From the IMG/VR virus record IMGVR_UViG_3300042890_005066, positions 1,777 to 65,776 of that record: DNA of 64,000 nucleotides; one strand, 5' to 3'. This document shows positions 39,139 through 49,031 of the stretch, in pieces. Within the stretch, counting starts at the first letter, position 1; every line of letters starts with the position of its first letter. Made by a program: the position numbers and the translations under genes. Under the pieces are notes generated by a model. It was not told the DNA's origin. It was given only the letters and a program-made list of their open reading frames with translations, and made no database searches. Origin of the DNA: a virus (Duplodnaviria > Caudoviricetes).

Positions 39139-40651
39139 TGATCTTTACAAAACATAATTTCTTACCACCATACTTTTTAATATATCCGAACTGCTCTGCA
39201 TAAGCGTTCTCAGTTGTGCTAAGCCTTTTAGCCCTAGAGTACAAGGTCTTCTTATGCATCACCCATCCATTCTGATCCACATACCAATAATCAGAGTCAA
39301 CTTCGTGGTGCATTTTAAAACCCAAAGACTTATAGACAGCTCCAGTATGTCCAACTGTGGTGTCACAATAGCTCACTATATTATCACAGTCCAAATGCTT
39401 AAAAGTCTTAGACAGGAAATAACTAGCCAGATTGTGCTTTTGATAACTTGGATGGATACAAAGCCTTGCCAATTCTAAGCTTTTACCATCGAACTGATGA
39501 CCAATATTCTGACGGACCAAGTTAGAATAAACGGCACAAGCCACAAGCTCATCACCCAAAAAAGCTCCAAAGCATTTGCCTGACCTTCCTTTCCCAATGT
39601 AATGGTAGGCATCGAGGAAGCTATTCAAGGACTTCGCTGATACATCATCAGATATTTTAAGATCCTTAAAATCGAAATCGTTCACCTTAACATCAATGCC
39701 AAACTTGGACTTAAGCCTCCCGAGTACCTTATCCTTAGCATAAAACTCATGCTCCCAGATATACATTATCTCATATTCTGGAAAATACTTCTCGATATAG
39801 GTGAATTTAGCCTTATCTCTGGCAGGTGCTCTTTCTAGTGTATGCCAATAGTCACCCTGGCATTCAATCAATAGCCTCTTATACCTCGTAGGGACCATAC
39901 AATCGAAGACATATGGCCCTATCACTGTATTTGGACCCTCTTTGTGATAGGCGATATTCAAATCATCTAGAAACTTGTAGAGTAACCTCTGAATATTACT
40001 CTCTCTAGGCTGATTAGCCCTAGCAACAGCCATTTTGGACTTCACATCTTCAGTATATCCTGATGATTGCTTGGCTCTGTAGCCATCATTATTCCATAAA
40101 ACTTTGCTCTGTCTACTCTTTAATTCAGAATAGTCTTCTCTTTGCCAAGCCAATTTTACGGATTCTGATAGCATCTTTATTCTCTGTGTATCAGACCATA
40201 TCTTCTTTGATATTTCCGATCTTCTGTCTTTGGATAACTCTTTTTTAGCAGACATTTGGTCCCTATAACTGCTATCAGCCCACCTCTCTTTAGCTAATTC
40301 TGATAGTATCTTTTTACCCTCTTCAGACGGGGTATTGTGTACCACAATGAATTTTCCATCCTTATGCCCCTGAACCATAGCACAATGATGGCATCTCCAA
40401 TCTTTAAACCTTCCAGCCCTAAATAGCTGCTCCTGTGTCTTACCACAATCAATGCAAGTATAAGTCACTATTTCGTTTGTCTTCATCTCATGCTTCTGCT
40501 TAACACATGACATGCATATATGCTCTGGCTTTCTTTTAGCCACTTGATATAGCTGGCTTCTAGGCTTATTGCATTTTTCGCAGACGACAATAATTTTGTC
40601 TTTATTTTTCGCTATTTCTACCGATGATTTTGAAAGCTGCCAATCTATCAT
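39131..40651 (-). CDS. Zn-ribbon + Vsr/DUF559-type endonuclease + Mom-like GNAT fusion
   Basis: Four CxxC; NUMOD3-like helices; FD..IECQGDYWH..D; FLDAYHY, ELARLC, IVSYCD..GHTGAVYK..GF; start at MIDW after AAGGAG. Confidence 0.75.
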   Translation of the reverse strand: MIDWQLSKSSVEIAKNKDKIIVVCEKCNKPRSQLYQVAKRKPEHICMSCVKQKHEMKTNEIVTYTCIDCGKTQEQLFRAGRFKDWRCHHCAMVQGHKDGKFIVVHNTPSEEGKKILSELAKERWADSSYRDQMSAKKELSKDRRSEISKKIWSDTQRIKMLSESVKLAWQREDYSELKSRQSKVLWNNDGYRAKQSSGYTEDVKSKMAVARANQPRESNIQRLLYKFLDDLNIAYHKEGPNTVIGPYVFDCMVPTRYKRLLIECQGDYWHTLERAPARDKAKFTYIEKYFPEYEIMYIWEHEFYAKDKVLGRLKSKFGIDVKVNDFDFKDLKISDDVSAKSLNSFLDAYHYIGKGRSGKCFGAFLGDELVACAVYSNLVRQNIGHQFDGKSLELARLCIHPSYQKHNLASYFLSKTFKHLDCDNIVSYCDTTVGHTGAVYKSLGFKMHHEVDSDYWYVDQNGWVMHKKTLYSRAKRLSTTENAYAEQFGYIKKYGGKKLCFVKIII

Positions 40652-40668
40652 ATAAGTGCTCCTTATTA

Positions 40669-40676
40669 TATTTATA
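40669..40676 (-). promoter_or_regulatory. T4-type late promoter TATAAATA
   Basis: Exact TATAAATA about 18 nt upstream of the 40651 start. Confidence 0.45.
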
Positions 40677-40707
40677 ATACAAGGAGCTGCCAAGCTACGG
40701 ATTATAT

Positions 40708-40737
40708 GAAAAAGGCCAACAGTTTCCTGTTGGCCTT
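40708..40737 (-). terminator. rho-independent terminator after protease gene
   Basis: AAGGCCAACAG-GAAA-CTGTTGGCCTT followed by T residues. Confidence 0.85.
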
Positions 40738-40766
40738 GGGCCTAGGATAAAACCCTAGGGGAGGAA

Positions 40767-41489
40767 TTATTTAACACCAAAATACTTGTTGATCTCTTTA
40801 ACAAGCATGTCCTGGTATACTTCTGGTCTAAACATCGCCTTCTTCTCTTGGATAGGACGTACTCTTTTTTGCAGTCCTTCTGAGATGTTTAGAATAGCAC
40901 CAGTTACTGATGGTTCAGCGACAACATCCCACGTCACGAAAGAATACCCTGGCAGCACTCTGTAGATCTCTTTGCCATTGTGTTCGACAATTTCCATATC
41001 GCCGACACCGCGAGAGGAGATCCCAACTTGAATCTTGTGCTCAAACAGTCCCCGCAGGCATGCACCCAGTGGTAGTTTGTGCAGCACTTCTGCTTCACCG
41101 TATACCTTTTTGCCTTCCATCCAGATTTTAGTCATAAGGTGACTAATGCGATCTAGGTGGATTTTGGCGTCTGCTGGGTGGTCGTATTCGCCCATCACTG
41201 ATCTTCTTGAGATATCCTCTTGGATGTCTCTTACAGCTGGGCCTAGCACATCGTTAGAGCTGTATACTCTACCGTTGGCATTTTCGTTATCGCCCATTTG
41301 GATGAGCCCGGTGATTTTCATCACTTGGTGCTCACGTCCATTTGAGTCTTCTGCCATCACTTTTTTCTGGTCAAGCACTTGGAATGGGTAAGTGTCTTGC
41401 ATCAGGGAGTAACCAGCAGGAATCATGCCGGTTTCGGCTATCAGCCGCCGATCAATTGATCGGCGGTTTGCGTTTCTTGAGCGGATCAT
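40767..41489 (-). CDS. gp21: prohead core protease (T4 gp21-like)
   Basis: NANGRVY, GEYDHP, ISH, GISSRGVG, WDVVAEPS. Confidence 0.95.
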   Translation of the reverse strand: MIRSRNANRRSIDRRLIAETGMIPAGYSLMQDTYPFQVLDQKKVMAEDSNGREHQVMKITGLIQMGDNENANGRVYSSNDVLGPAVRDIQEDISRRSVMGEYDHPADAKIHLDRISHLMTKIWMEGKKVYGEAEVLHKLPLGACLRGLFEHKIQVGISSRGVGDMEIVEHNGKEIYRVLPGYSFVTWDVVAEPSVTGAILNISEGLQKRVRPIQEKKAMFRPEVYQDMLVKEINKYFGVK

Positions 41490-44400
41490 TTTTTGCCACC
41501 TTTTCTTGCGAATGGTGGGTTTGATCCTTTGCCATCATCGGTTTTAAGATCAGGACCCATGCCCTCTAGCTTGTTACCGTTACCTTTTTTGCCGATGGCG
41601 TGTTTTGGTACTTCACGGCGATCAGCGTTTGCGACTTTGTTGTAGCCGCCTTCTGATGGAGCTGTGATGTCCATATCTTCGGCCAGACCTTCATCGTCGT
41701 CGTCAGACTCGTCATCGTCATCAGACTCTTCGTCTTCGTCTTCTTCGTCGTCAGACTCATCATCTTTATCGAAGTCAGGCATTTCGTCGCCATCGAGGTC
41801 TTTCTTGACTTCGATCGTGTCGTCAACTGGCTCGATCTCGACTGCGTCTACTGGCTTCATTTCGTCCATGTCTTCGTCATCAATATCTTCGTCATCGACG
41901 TCGATATCTCCAGACAATTCCACTTTCATTGAACCATTCTTGCCAGTGGTAATAACTGCCATAGCTTCGTTGAGAGCCTGATCTTCTTCAGAGCTGGTAC
42001 CACGGAGTTGTTCGACCGATTCGGTTAGCCATCTCGTGAAGGCAGAAGAGTCGCCTTTAGCCAGACCAGCTGAAGCCAGAGCACCCTTGACGAGCTTGGC
42101 AGGAATCGGGATTTCAGCACTGATACCATCTTCGCTCAGGATTACAGGCTGAATCGAACTAGCTGAACCACCGTGATCAAGGATGAAGTTAACACCGTTG
42201 ATCATGCCCATGGCTGCATCTTCTTGCCGCTCAAGCCAAGTGATCTTGCCTTCTGAAGCGACACCCCTCTTGGACTTGCTAGCTGTCATGCCAGCTCTGC
42301 CGTAACCAGCCTTCTTCATACGGGCTGATTTGTACTGGTCTTCTGCGAAGCCATCATCTTCGTCACCTGGATGCACCGGAGGAGGCGTTCCATCTGCGCG
42401 ACGGGCGAACAAGTCTACCAAGTTACCAGTTTCCAAGGCGTTATATATGTCACGGTCGAGAACAATATATCCACCCTTGACAATTTCATCCCAATCATAG
42501 CCATATTTCTGAGCTAACTGTCTGCCTGTCTTAGTGCCGACTTTGACGTATCCCTTGTCGTACGAGTCCCCATAGCTGGACCAGATTTTTTCGAAGACGT
42601 CATATTCTTCCATGTCATTTGAAAGCTGATCGTCGCTTTCTTTAACCGTAGCGAAAGGATTGCCATCAGATTCTTCGTCAGATTCTTCGTCCGAATCTTC
42701 GTCGTCCTTGTGCTTCTTGCCGAACGGCTTGGCAGCACCTGGGAACGGAGCCTTGGCTTCTGAAATGAAAGTCTGGACGGCTTGCTCGATAGCAGCTTCC
42801 ATTCTAGCTTCTGGAACTCTCAGGCCAACAGCTTCGATGCTGGCTTCAGCCATGTCATCAAGATTTTCAGCAAGATCTCTGCCAGTGAGGTTATGCTCAA
42901 CAGCCAGACGTCGCATCAAGCCAACAACACGGTCCAGGTCAGCTTCATCTTTAATGACTGGCGAACCATATTCCATCAGATAAGAAGACTTGCCCTTGCC
43001 TGAGAAGGCATATGGGTCATTCGACTCTTCAATTTCGTGATCAACTTCTTCTGTATCATCCGAAAGATCATCATTTTCATCGTTCATCTCATAATGAAGC
43101 GGACGCGATTCATTAAGTGAGCTGAAACGATTACGTGATTCGAAACGAGGTGGTGCCGGGGCTGCTGGAGCTGCTGGAGCGCCTGCTGCACCTGGGCCTG
43201 CTGGAGCTGGGGCCGGAGCTGGAGCCGGAGCTGGAGCTGGAGCTGGTGCGAATTCTTCCTCGCCGCCGAGCATAGAATCGAGTTCATCGTCTTCTGACGG
43301 TGGCATCTCTGGATCGAGCTCTTCTTCCTCAGCACTACCGCTTGATCCACCGATTTGGATCAGAGGGCTGTTGATGTTAATGATTGGTTGGCCTTTTCCG
43401 CCACCATTCGAAATAGCATCAACTGGTGCGTTCATTCCACCACCTGCGCCACCCATGTCGCCCATGTCGCCAGGCATTGAATCGAAGTCTTTGAGTGATT
43501 CTGATGCTGACAATTCTTCTTGAATTGTGGCGATCAGGTCTTCTGCTTCGTAGATCGCTGAATCATCAAAGTCTGATCTCTTCAAGCGTGAGATGAGGCT
43601 CATCAGCTTGCTTGAAAGGTCATGCGATTCTTTGATTTTTGGCGTTTTGTCGCGGAGGACTTGGAGCGTCGTGGCGAGTGATTCAGCAGCGACTTGGCGG
43701 TTGCTGATTGCTTCGAACACGAGGTGGAGGAATTTATTGTATGAAGCTTCGAAGTTTTTGGATTCTGATAGAATCTGAACGTTTTCTGCGAGCACTGGGT
43801 GTTCGGCGTTTCTCGCGATTGCTTTCCACTCTTTTACAATCTTGTTCTTACTGACTTTTAAGTTAGTCTTGAAGAAGAGTGTTGATGTGTCGTCACAGAG
43901 TTGTTGGTTAAATACACCTTGTGTTGCAAGAGTGTTCTCGATCAGTGTCGAGACTTGTTTCCTGTTTAACAGTGTGAATTCTTCCATTTCCATCAGGAAT
44001 GGTGCGAGCGTCTTGATTGCGTTCTCAATTTTGTTTTCAGCAATCATGTTGGAAACTGCGAGGATTCTTTCCTGGAATCCTTGGCTTTGGTAGGCGGTGT
44101 TTGCTACGTCTCGCATCTTGCGAGCTACCAGTTTGCGGGTTGCCCATTTGGTGACTGGAAGTCTAAAGCGTTGACCGTCGTTGAAGTATCCGGCAGTTAC
44201 CTGACCGTTTTCGACGATTACTTTATCTTGCAGACTTTCTACGATAGTTGAAACGAGCTTGTCTTTAACTGATTCGTTAAAACCGTCTTGGCTTACACTG
44301 ATATTACGGATAATACCGTCTCTTGTGCGGACCACACCCGAAGCTGGGACTGTTCGTCCGCTAAATCTTTGGGCTTTCATTCTGCCAAAGGCAGATGACA

Positions 44401-44758
44401 TTTTGCTCTGATCGTTTTCTTCGATTGCATTGACTAAACGCAAGCAGGAGTCTTCGAATAATCCGGCTTTTTCACCTTCAACGACCTCAATAGAACGAAT
44501 ATTGCTGATAGCAATACGGCCTTGATCTTTTGTATGCGATGCTACAAAAAATTGATTGTCATTGACGTCTTCAATGAATAAATCTTTAGAGCGAAGAGCG
44601 GCTAATCGCCACTGTTTGCCCGCCAATTTACCCATCTCTTCGACCTTTTCGGAGAAGAATGAAACTCTTGCTTGAGCGCTATCGTTCAACGCACTCAGAA
44701 ACTTTCGGCTATCCATTTTGATACTTGAACTAGCCATAGTATTCTGATTTTGTGCCAT
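41486..44758 (-). CDS. giant acidic prohead core protein (positional analog of gp67/gp68)
   Basis: Between portal and protease; helical N-half, Gly/Pro-Ala/Asp-Glu tracts, many xxE sites. Confidence 0.6.
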   Translation of the reverse strand: MAQNQNTMASSSIKMDSRKFLSALNDSAQARVSFFSEKVEEMGKLAGKQWRLAALRSKDLFIEDVNDNQFFVASHTKDQGRIAISNIRSIEVVEGEKAGLFEDSCLRLVNAIEENDQSKMSSAFGRMKAQRFSGRTVPASGVVRTRDGIIRNISVSQDGFNESVKDKLVSTIVESLQDKVIVENGQVTAGYFNDGQRFRLPVTKWATRKLVARKMRDVANTAYQSQGFQERILAVSNMIAENKIENAIKTLAPFLMEMEEFTLLNRKQVSTLIENTLATQGVFNQQLCDDTSTLFFKTNLKVSKNKIVKEWKAIARNAEHPVLAENVQILSESKNFEASYNKFLHLVFEAISNRQVAAESLATTLQVLRDKTPKIKESHDLSSKLMSLISRLKRSDFDDSAIYEAEDLIATIQEELSASESLKDFDSMPGDMGDMGGAGGGMNAPVDAISNGGGKGQPIININSPLIQIGGSSGSAEEEELDPEMPPSEDDELDSMLGGEEEFAPAPAPAPAPAPAPAPAGPGAAGAPAAPAAPAPPRFESRNRFSSLNESRPLHYEMNDENDDLSDDTEEVDHEIEESNDPYAFSGKGKSSYLMEYGSPVIKDEADLDRVVGLMRRLAVEHNLTGRDLAENLDDMAEASIEAVGLRVPEARMEAAIEQAVQTFISEAKAPFPGAAKPFGKKHKDDEDSDEESDEESDGNPFATVKESDDQLSNDMEEYDVFEKIWSSYGDSYDKGYVKVGTKTGRQLAQKYGYDWDEIVKGGYIVLDRDIYNALETGNLVDLFARRADGTPPPVHPGDEDDGFAEDQYKSARMKKAGYGRAGMTASKSKRGVASEGKITWLERQEDAAMGMINGVNFILDHGGSASSIQPVILSEDGISAEIPIPAKLVKGALASAGLAKGDSSAFTRWLTESVEQLRGTSSEEDQALNEAMAVITTGKNGSMKVELSGDIDVDDEDIDDEDMDEMKPVDAVEIEPVDDTIEVKKDLDGDEMPDFDKDDESDDEEDEDEESDDDDESDDDDEGLAEDMDITAPSEGGYNKVANADRREVPKHAIGKKGNGNKLEGMGPDLKTDDGKGSNPPFARKGGKK

Positions 44759-44844
44759 GTTATGACCCCTTATGCTTGCATGCATATTAAACTACTCATA
44801 AATTTGCCGAGAAACCAACCATATGTCTCTCCGGCCAGACCCGT

Positions 44845-46827
44845 TTACCCAACTATCGCAGGTAGATCATCATCAGTAATATCGCCCTCTTCTACCTCAG
44901 GCTTAGCGGCATTCTCCATTAAAACATCATAATTCTCCCTGATAGCGTCATTTCTCTCACCCTCATCAACAGACCAACGGACCAAACAACTCTCAGAACG
45001 ACTAGGATCATAAATATCCAAACCATCATTCAGATACCTCTCCCTAGTCAAACCATCAAATTCCTTAGTATTCAACATGAACTCATATGCATTATTAAAG
45101 GACTGCTCTTCATCCTTATAGACCTCTTTATTCTGACGCTTAGTCCAAGACTCCATGATTTTACGTCGCCTGTTACGATCCCTGGTCTTAGCCATCTCAT
45201 TAATCAGACGACGATTAGCAGACTGGTCAAGCCCATACAAGCCTTCAGGCAACCCACCCTCAGGAGGAGCACCAGCTTCAGGACCACCAGCCGCACCAGC
45301 CTCAGGAGGAGCACCACCAGCCTCACCACCCTCAGGAGGAGCACCCTCAGGACCCCCCTCAATGCCGCCCAAATCATCACCGCCCCCAAGATCAGCCATT
45401 CCACCGCCCATCCCACCACCGCCGCCAAAGCCGCCACCACCACCGGCAGCCTCATCAGCCTCAACATCCTTAAGCTCTTCAATCTCATCAGGAGACAAAT
45501 CAGTAAAATGAGTAACGATCCATTCCTTAGGAAACCAGCCCAAATCCTTTAAATCATTCATAACAGAAGCACGAGTCTGCCAAGTCTCAATCCTATAAAG
45601 CTCCTCCAAAGCAGAGCCAGCAGAAAACATCAGCTCAAAGCCCTTCATATCATCCACAGAATAACCGCGCAACGCAAGGTGAACAATGGCAACCTTAGTT
45701 AAGCCATTAACACCCTCACGCTGCACCCACTGAACAGCCTTAGCAAACTCAGAGCTGGACTGCGATAACGACTTATCGTTAGCCTCACCAGCACCATCGC
45801 CAATCCCGACTCTCGCAAACGGGATCTTCATGGGAGCAATCATCTTCTTCTTGAAATACTCGATATCCTTAATCTGATCAAGATTCTCAGCACCAGGCAT
45901 CACCTCAATATCAGGGCCAGAACCATCAGGACGACGTGGTAAAAAGAAATCATCCTCCTGGATCAACGGAGAATATCGTTCATCAAAAGCACCGGTGGTC
46001 GGATTATAGAACCGCTGCCTCTTAAACGTCCTAGCAACCATCTGCATGTACTCAGGGACTTCCTTAGGAGGAATGTTACCGACAGGAATCACGAACTTTC
46101 TTTTCTCAGGAGCTCTAGTGATTCTATAAATCAAAGCAGCATCTTCCATCAACCGCAACTGCTTAAAAGCCTTCCTACCGCCATCAAGAAGGCTTCTACC
46201 ATAAGGGTGATAGATGTTTTCGAAGCTCGTGAGACGTAAATGCATCACCTGCCAAGGATGCAGAAACTGTGGTTTTGGGAAGAGAGCATCCATAAAGAAG
46301 AAACCGATTAGGTCACCATACCTAGTCTCAATTCTTGTAAAATTGTAGACGTTCATGAACCGCAATGAGCTAACGCCACCACGGTTTTGGTCTAATACTA
46401 TTTCAAACGGGGCGTCGCCATATTTGCAGAGGTATCTCATAGTGGGACGACAAAAATTATCCCATCTTAGTATGTTATAGAATAAGTCTTCTAATTCTTT
46501 TTTAAGCCTTTTATTTTTAGCTTTTATGACTAGCGTGTGCTTTCGTTCACTATCAACTAGGGAAGCTTCATCGGCGTATAAGTCCAGGGCAAGACTCACT
46601 TCGCCAGTTTGATCCATCTGCTCGTAGTCTTTGTATCGTTCAAGCCTATTTATCTGGAGATTTGTCTGATCAAGGATAGCAGCTTGGGAACTGAAATCCA
46701 AGAACTCTCCGCCAGTAGTAAGCTTGTCTAAACTAGACTGATCCTGGAATATTTTATCTGCTCTGAAAACGTTCGCAGATTTGGTCAGCGCGCGTATTCT
46801 GTCAAAGACAAGCCAATTACTAGGCAT
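44845..46827 (-). CDS. gp20: portal protein (T4 gp20-like)
   Basis: QLRLMEDAALIYRITRAPEKRKF.I.VGN.P, EDDFFLPRR, DIEYFKKK. Confidence 0.95.
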   Translation of the reverse strand: MPSNWLVFDRIRALTKSANVFRADKIFQDQSSLDKLTTGGEFLDFSSQAAILDQTNLQINRLERYKDYEQMDQTGEVSLALDLYADEASLVDSERKHTLVIKAKNKRLKKELEDLFYNILRWDNFCRPTMRYLCKYGDAPFEIVLDQNRGGVSSLRFMNVYNFTRIETRYGDLIGFFFMDALFPKPQFLHPWQVMHLRLTSFENIYHPYGRSLLDGGRKAFKQLRLMEDAALIYRITRAPEKRKFVIPVGNIPPKEVPEYMQMVARTFKRQRFYNPTTGAFDERYSPLIQEDDFFLPRRPDGSGPDIEVMPGAENLDQIKDIEYFKKKMIAPMKIPFARVGIGDGAGEANDKSLSQSSSEFAKAVQWVQREGVNGLTKVAIVHLALRGYSVDDMKGFELMFSAGSALEELYRIETWQTRASVMNDLKDLGWFPKEWIVTHFTDLSPDEIEELKDVEADEAAGGGGGFGGGGGMGGGMADLGGGDDLGGIEGGPEGAPPEGGEAGGAPPEAGAAGGPEAGAPPEGGLPEGLYGLDQSANRRLINEMAKTRDRNRRRKIMESWTKRQNKEVYKDEEQSFNNAYEFMLNTKEFDGLTRERYLNDGLDIYDPSRSESCLVRWSVDEGERNDAIRENYDVLMENAAKPEVEEGDITDDDLPAIVG

Positions 46828-46879
46828 CGAAAAATCCCCGTATGTATTGTTAATATATATTTACAAGGAGTCGCTGAAT

Positions 46880-48241
46880 ATGATCAATTGGAACAAGACC
46901 CATCATAAATTTGGATACAGGTCCCTAATAGACCTAAAAGGAATCAAGCGACCATTAGTAGTATGTGAATGCGTACGGTGCAAAAAAGAAAAAGATATCC
47001 AGCTACGATCAAAACAAGGCTTTGTATGGACCTGCCCAGCCTGCATATCACTATCCAGAAGCGACAAAATATCAGAACAATTAAAATCCAATTGGCAAGA
47101 CAAAACATATCGAGCGAACCAGCTAACAAAAAAGAATCAAGAAGACTATAGAAAGAACCAATCTGACCTGTCGAAGGAACGCTGGAAAACCGAAGAATAC
47201 GCATCCAAGCTAAGGACTGGAATCGATCAGGAAAGACTTAAAGAAGATAAATTTAAAATCTTAGAGTCCACCAATTGGCAACAGCAAATAACAGTGAGAT
47301 GCCTTACCTGTGGCTTTGTAAATTCTTTAACGCCACAAAGGCACTTCGATAATCAATACTGTCCAAAATGCCATATAAGCAAGGGACAAAGAGAAATATC
47401 AGAATGGCTGTCTTCTTTAGAAATACCACATACCATAAACGACTGGAATATATTAAAACACAAAGAACTAGATATATTCTTACCAAATCACAATATAGCA
47501 ATAGAGTATCACGGATTATACTGGCATTCCGAAAGTATAAATGGCTCTAAAAACATTAAAGAGAGCCACCAGTCAAAAGCAATCGCCTGCAGGGATAAAA
47601 ACATCAGATTATATCAAATATTCGAGCATGAATGGTCAAAACAAAAAGATCTAGTAAAATCGATGATATTGTTAAACATTTTATCACCACAAAAGATAGA
47701 TGCACGTAAAACCACATTCAAAAAATTACAGAATAACGAAGCAAAACGATTCTTCGAAGCCAATCATTTGCAGGGTCACAGAAACGCTAAACATATATAT
47801 GGGTTGATTTACGATAAAGAATTAGTGATTGCTATATCATTTAACGAAATCAAGAGAGCTGAATATGAAATCATACGCCTAGCCAGCAAGCAAGGCCATA
47901 TGATCAGAGGTGGTGCTAGTAAACTTATCGCTAATTTCGATAAGCTTTTTAACAGTCCGATAATCCATACATTTGCTGATTTAAGGCACTCGCAAGGCAC
48001 AGTGTATAAGACTCTGGGATTTTTGGAATTATCTGTAACGCCACCTGGGTATTTTTATTATCATCCGAACGGTAACGTAATCTTATCACGCCAACAATGT
48101 CAGAAGCACAAACTTCATAAATTATTAGAGAATTTTAATAACGCTGCTTCTGAAACTCAGAATATGTTCAATAACGGGTTCAGACGAGTTTGGACAGCGG
48201 GAAATATTAAATTCATTAGACCTAAACTCATCTCATCCTAA
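46880..48241 (+). CDS. Zn-ribbon + Vsr/DUF559-type (Hef-like) endonuclease + Mom-like domain
   Basis: Four CxxC; ELDIFLP..IAIEYHGLYWHS; FFEANHLQG, EIIRLAS, GGASKL, TFAD..GTVYK.LGF; start after AAGGAG. Confidence 0.75.
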   Translation: MINWNKTHHKFGYRSLIDLKGIKRPLVVCECVRCKKEKDIQLRSKQGFVWTCPACISLSRSDKISEQLKSNWQDKTYRANQLTKKNQEDYRKNQSDLSKERWKTEEYASKLRTGIDQERLKEDKFKILESTNWQQQITVRCLTCGFVNSLTPQRHFDNQYCPKCHISKGQREISEWLSSLEIPHTINDWNILKHKELDIFLPNHNIAIEYHGLYWHSESINGSKNIKESHQSKAIACRDKNIRLYQIFEHEWSKQKDLVKSMILLNILSPQKIDARKTTFKKLQNNEAKRFFEANHLQGHRNAKHIYGLIYDKELVIAISFNEIKRAEYEIIRLASKQGHMIRGGASKLIANFDKLFNSPIIHTFADLRHSQGTVYKTLGFLELSVTPPGYFYYHPNGNVILSRQQCQKHKLHKLLENFNNAASETQNMFNNGFRRVWTAGNIKFIRPKLISS

Positions 48242-48521
48242 CCCAGACGTTTTTATCAGTCGCTTTATTCTTTCTGTAGAGGACATTTTCGATCGCGTTG
48301 TAATAGTAGTCGCTTCTGTGGGTTTCTGGGTCTGGTTCGAAAGCTGTGGGCTGAACTATGTGTGCTCCATGCTTTTCTAGAAACCACACACAGTCTCCGC
48401 GACTATAGTTCAATCTGCGACGGTTGAGTATGTCAGTCAAAAAGTCACTCTGTGTGGCTATCTGGGCTTCTGAGAAATCAACAAAGGCACCAACGCCGAA
48501 TGGTTCACCAAACATGAGCAA
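48228..48521 (-). CDS. hypothetical protein
   Basis: ORF with GGAGG RBS. Confidence 0.55.
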   Translation of the reverse strand: MLMFGEPFGVGAFVDFSEAQIATQSDFLTDILNRRRLNYSRGDCVWFLEKHGAHIVQPTAFEPDPETHRSDYYYNAIENVLYRKNKATDKNVWVRMR

Positions 48522-48642
48522 CCTCCCCCACTACGATATTATTTAAGGTCATCAGATTGTGCCGTTTGGGACTGACTTGGCAATATTGCATGATTGCTCC
48601 TTAGGACATCCTCGGGGTGAAGTTTACGGTGTAGAGGCTTGA

Positions 48643-49017
48643 TCATTGTAGACGAGGAGGTCCTTCGTTTAACATATACCAATCTCTAATTGCTCCGTAC
48701 CCGTACCCTACCTTGGTCCACGCAAATAGTTTTCTATCACTTCGGATGGCATATGTGCTTTTAATTGGACCTAGGAAATTCCCGGTTGAAAGGCCAACAC
48801 TTATTTTGCTCCAATCTTGACCTAATCCAAGAGTAGTTTGGACTGGCGAAGACCTGCTAAAATAATCACCTACTCCCATCGTGTCTCCACCATAAGAGTT
48901 TCCACTATTCCCACCCCACATCAGTATAGAATTAAAACTGAAGTATTGCTTTTCCATGTATACGTCGCTTAGGTCGACTGTCGCGTTATTGTATGTGAAC
49001 TTGTAACCGCTTGCCAT
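48643..49017 (-). pseudogene. truncated MASG-type RCC1 gene
   Basis: Same N-terminus as 4571..5752 and 5773..6942 but only ~1.5 repeats before a stop. Confidence 0.65.
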
Positions 49018-49031
49018 TGTTCATTTTTCCT

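Noticed and set aside
24105-45460. Short tandem DNA repeats (CCAGCA/GGAGCT/GGAGGAGCACC)
   Set aside because: They encode Pro/Ala/Gly linkers in the HExxH protein, core protein and portal tail.
33857-48642. tRNA or structured ncRNA in the larger intergenic gaps
   Set aside because: No cloverleaf or T-loop signature seen by eye; only terminator hairpins. A covariance search would be needed to exclude them.
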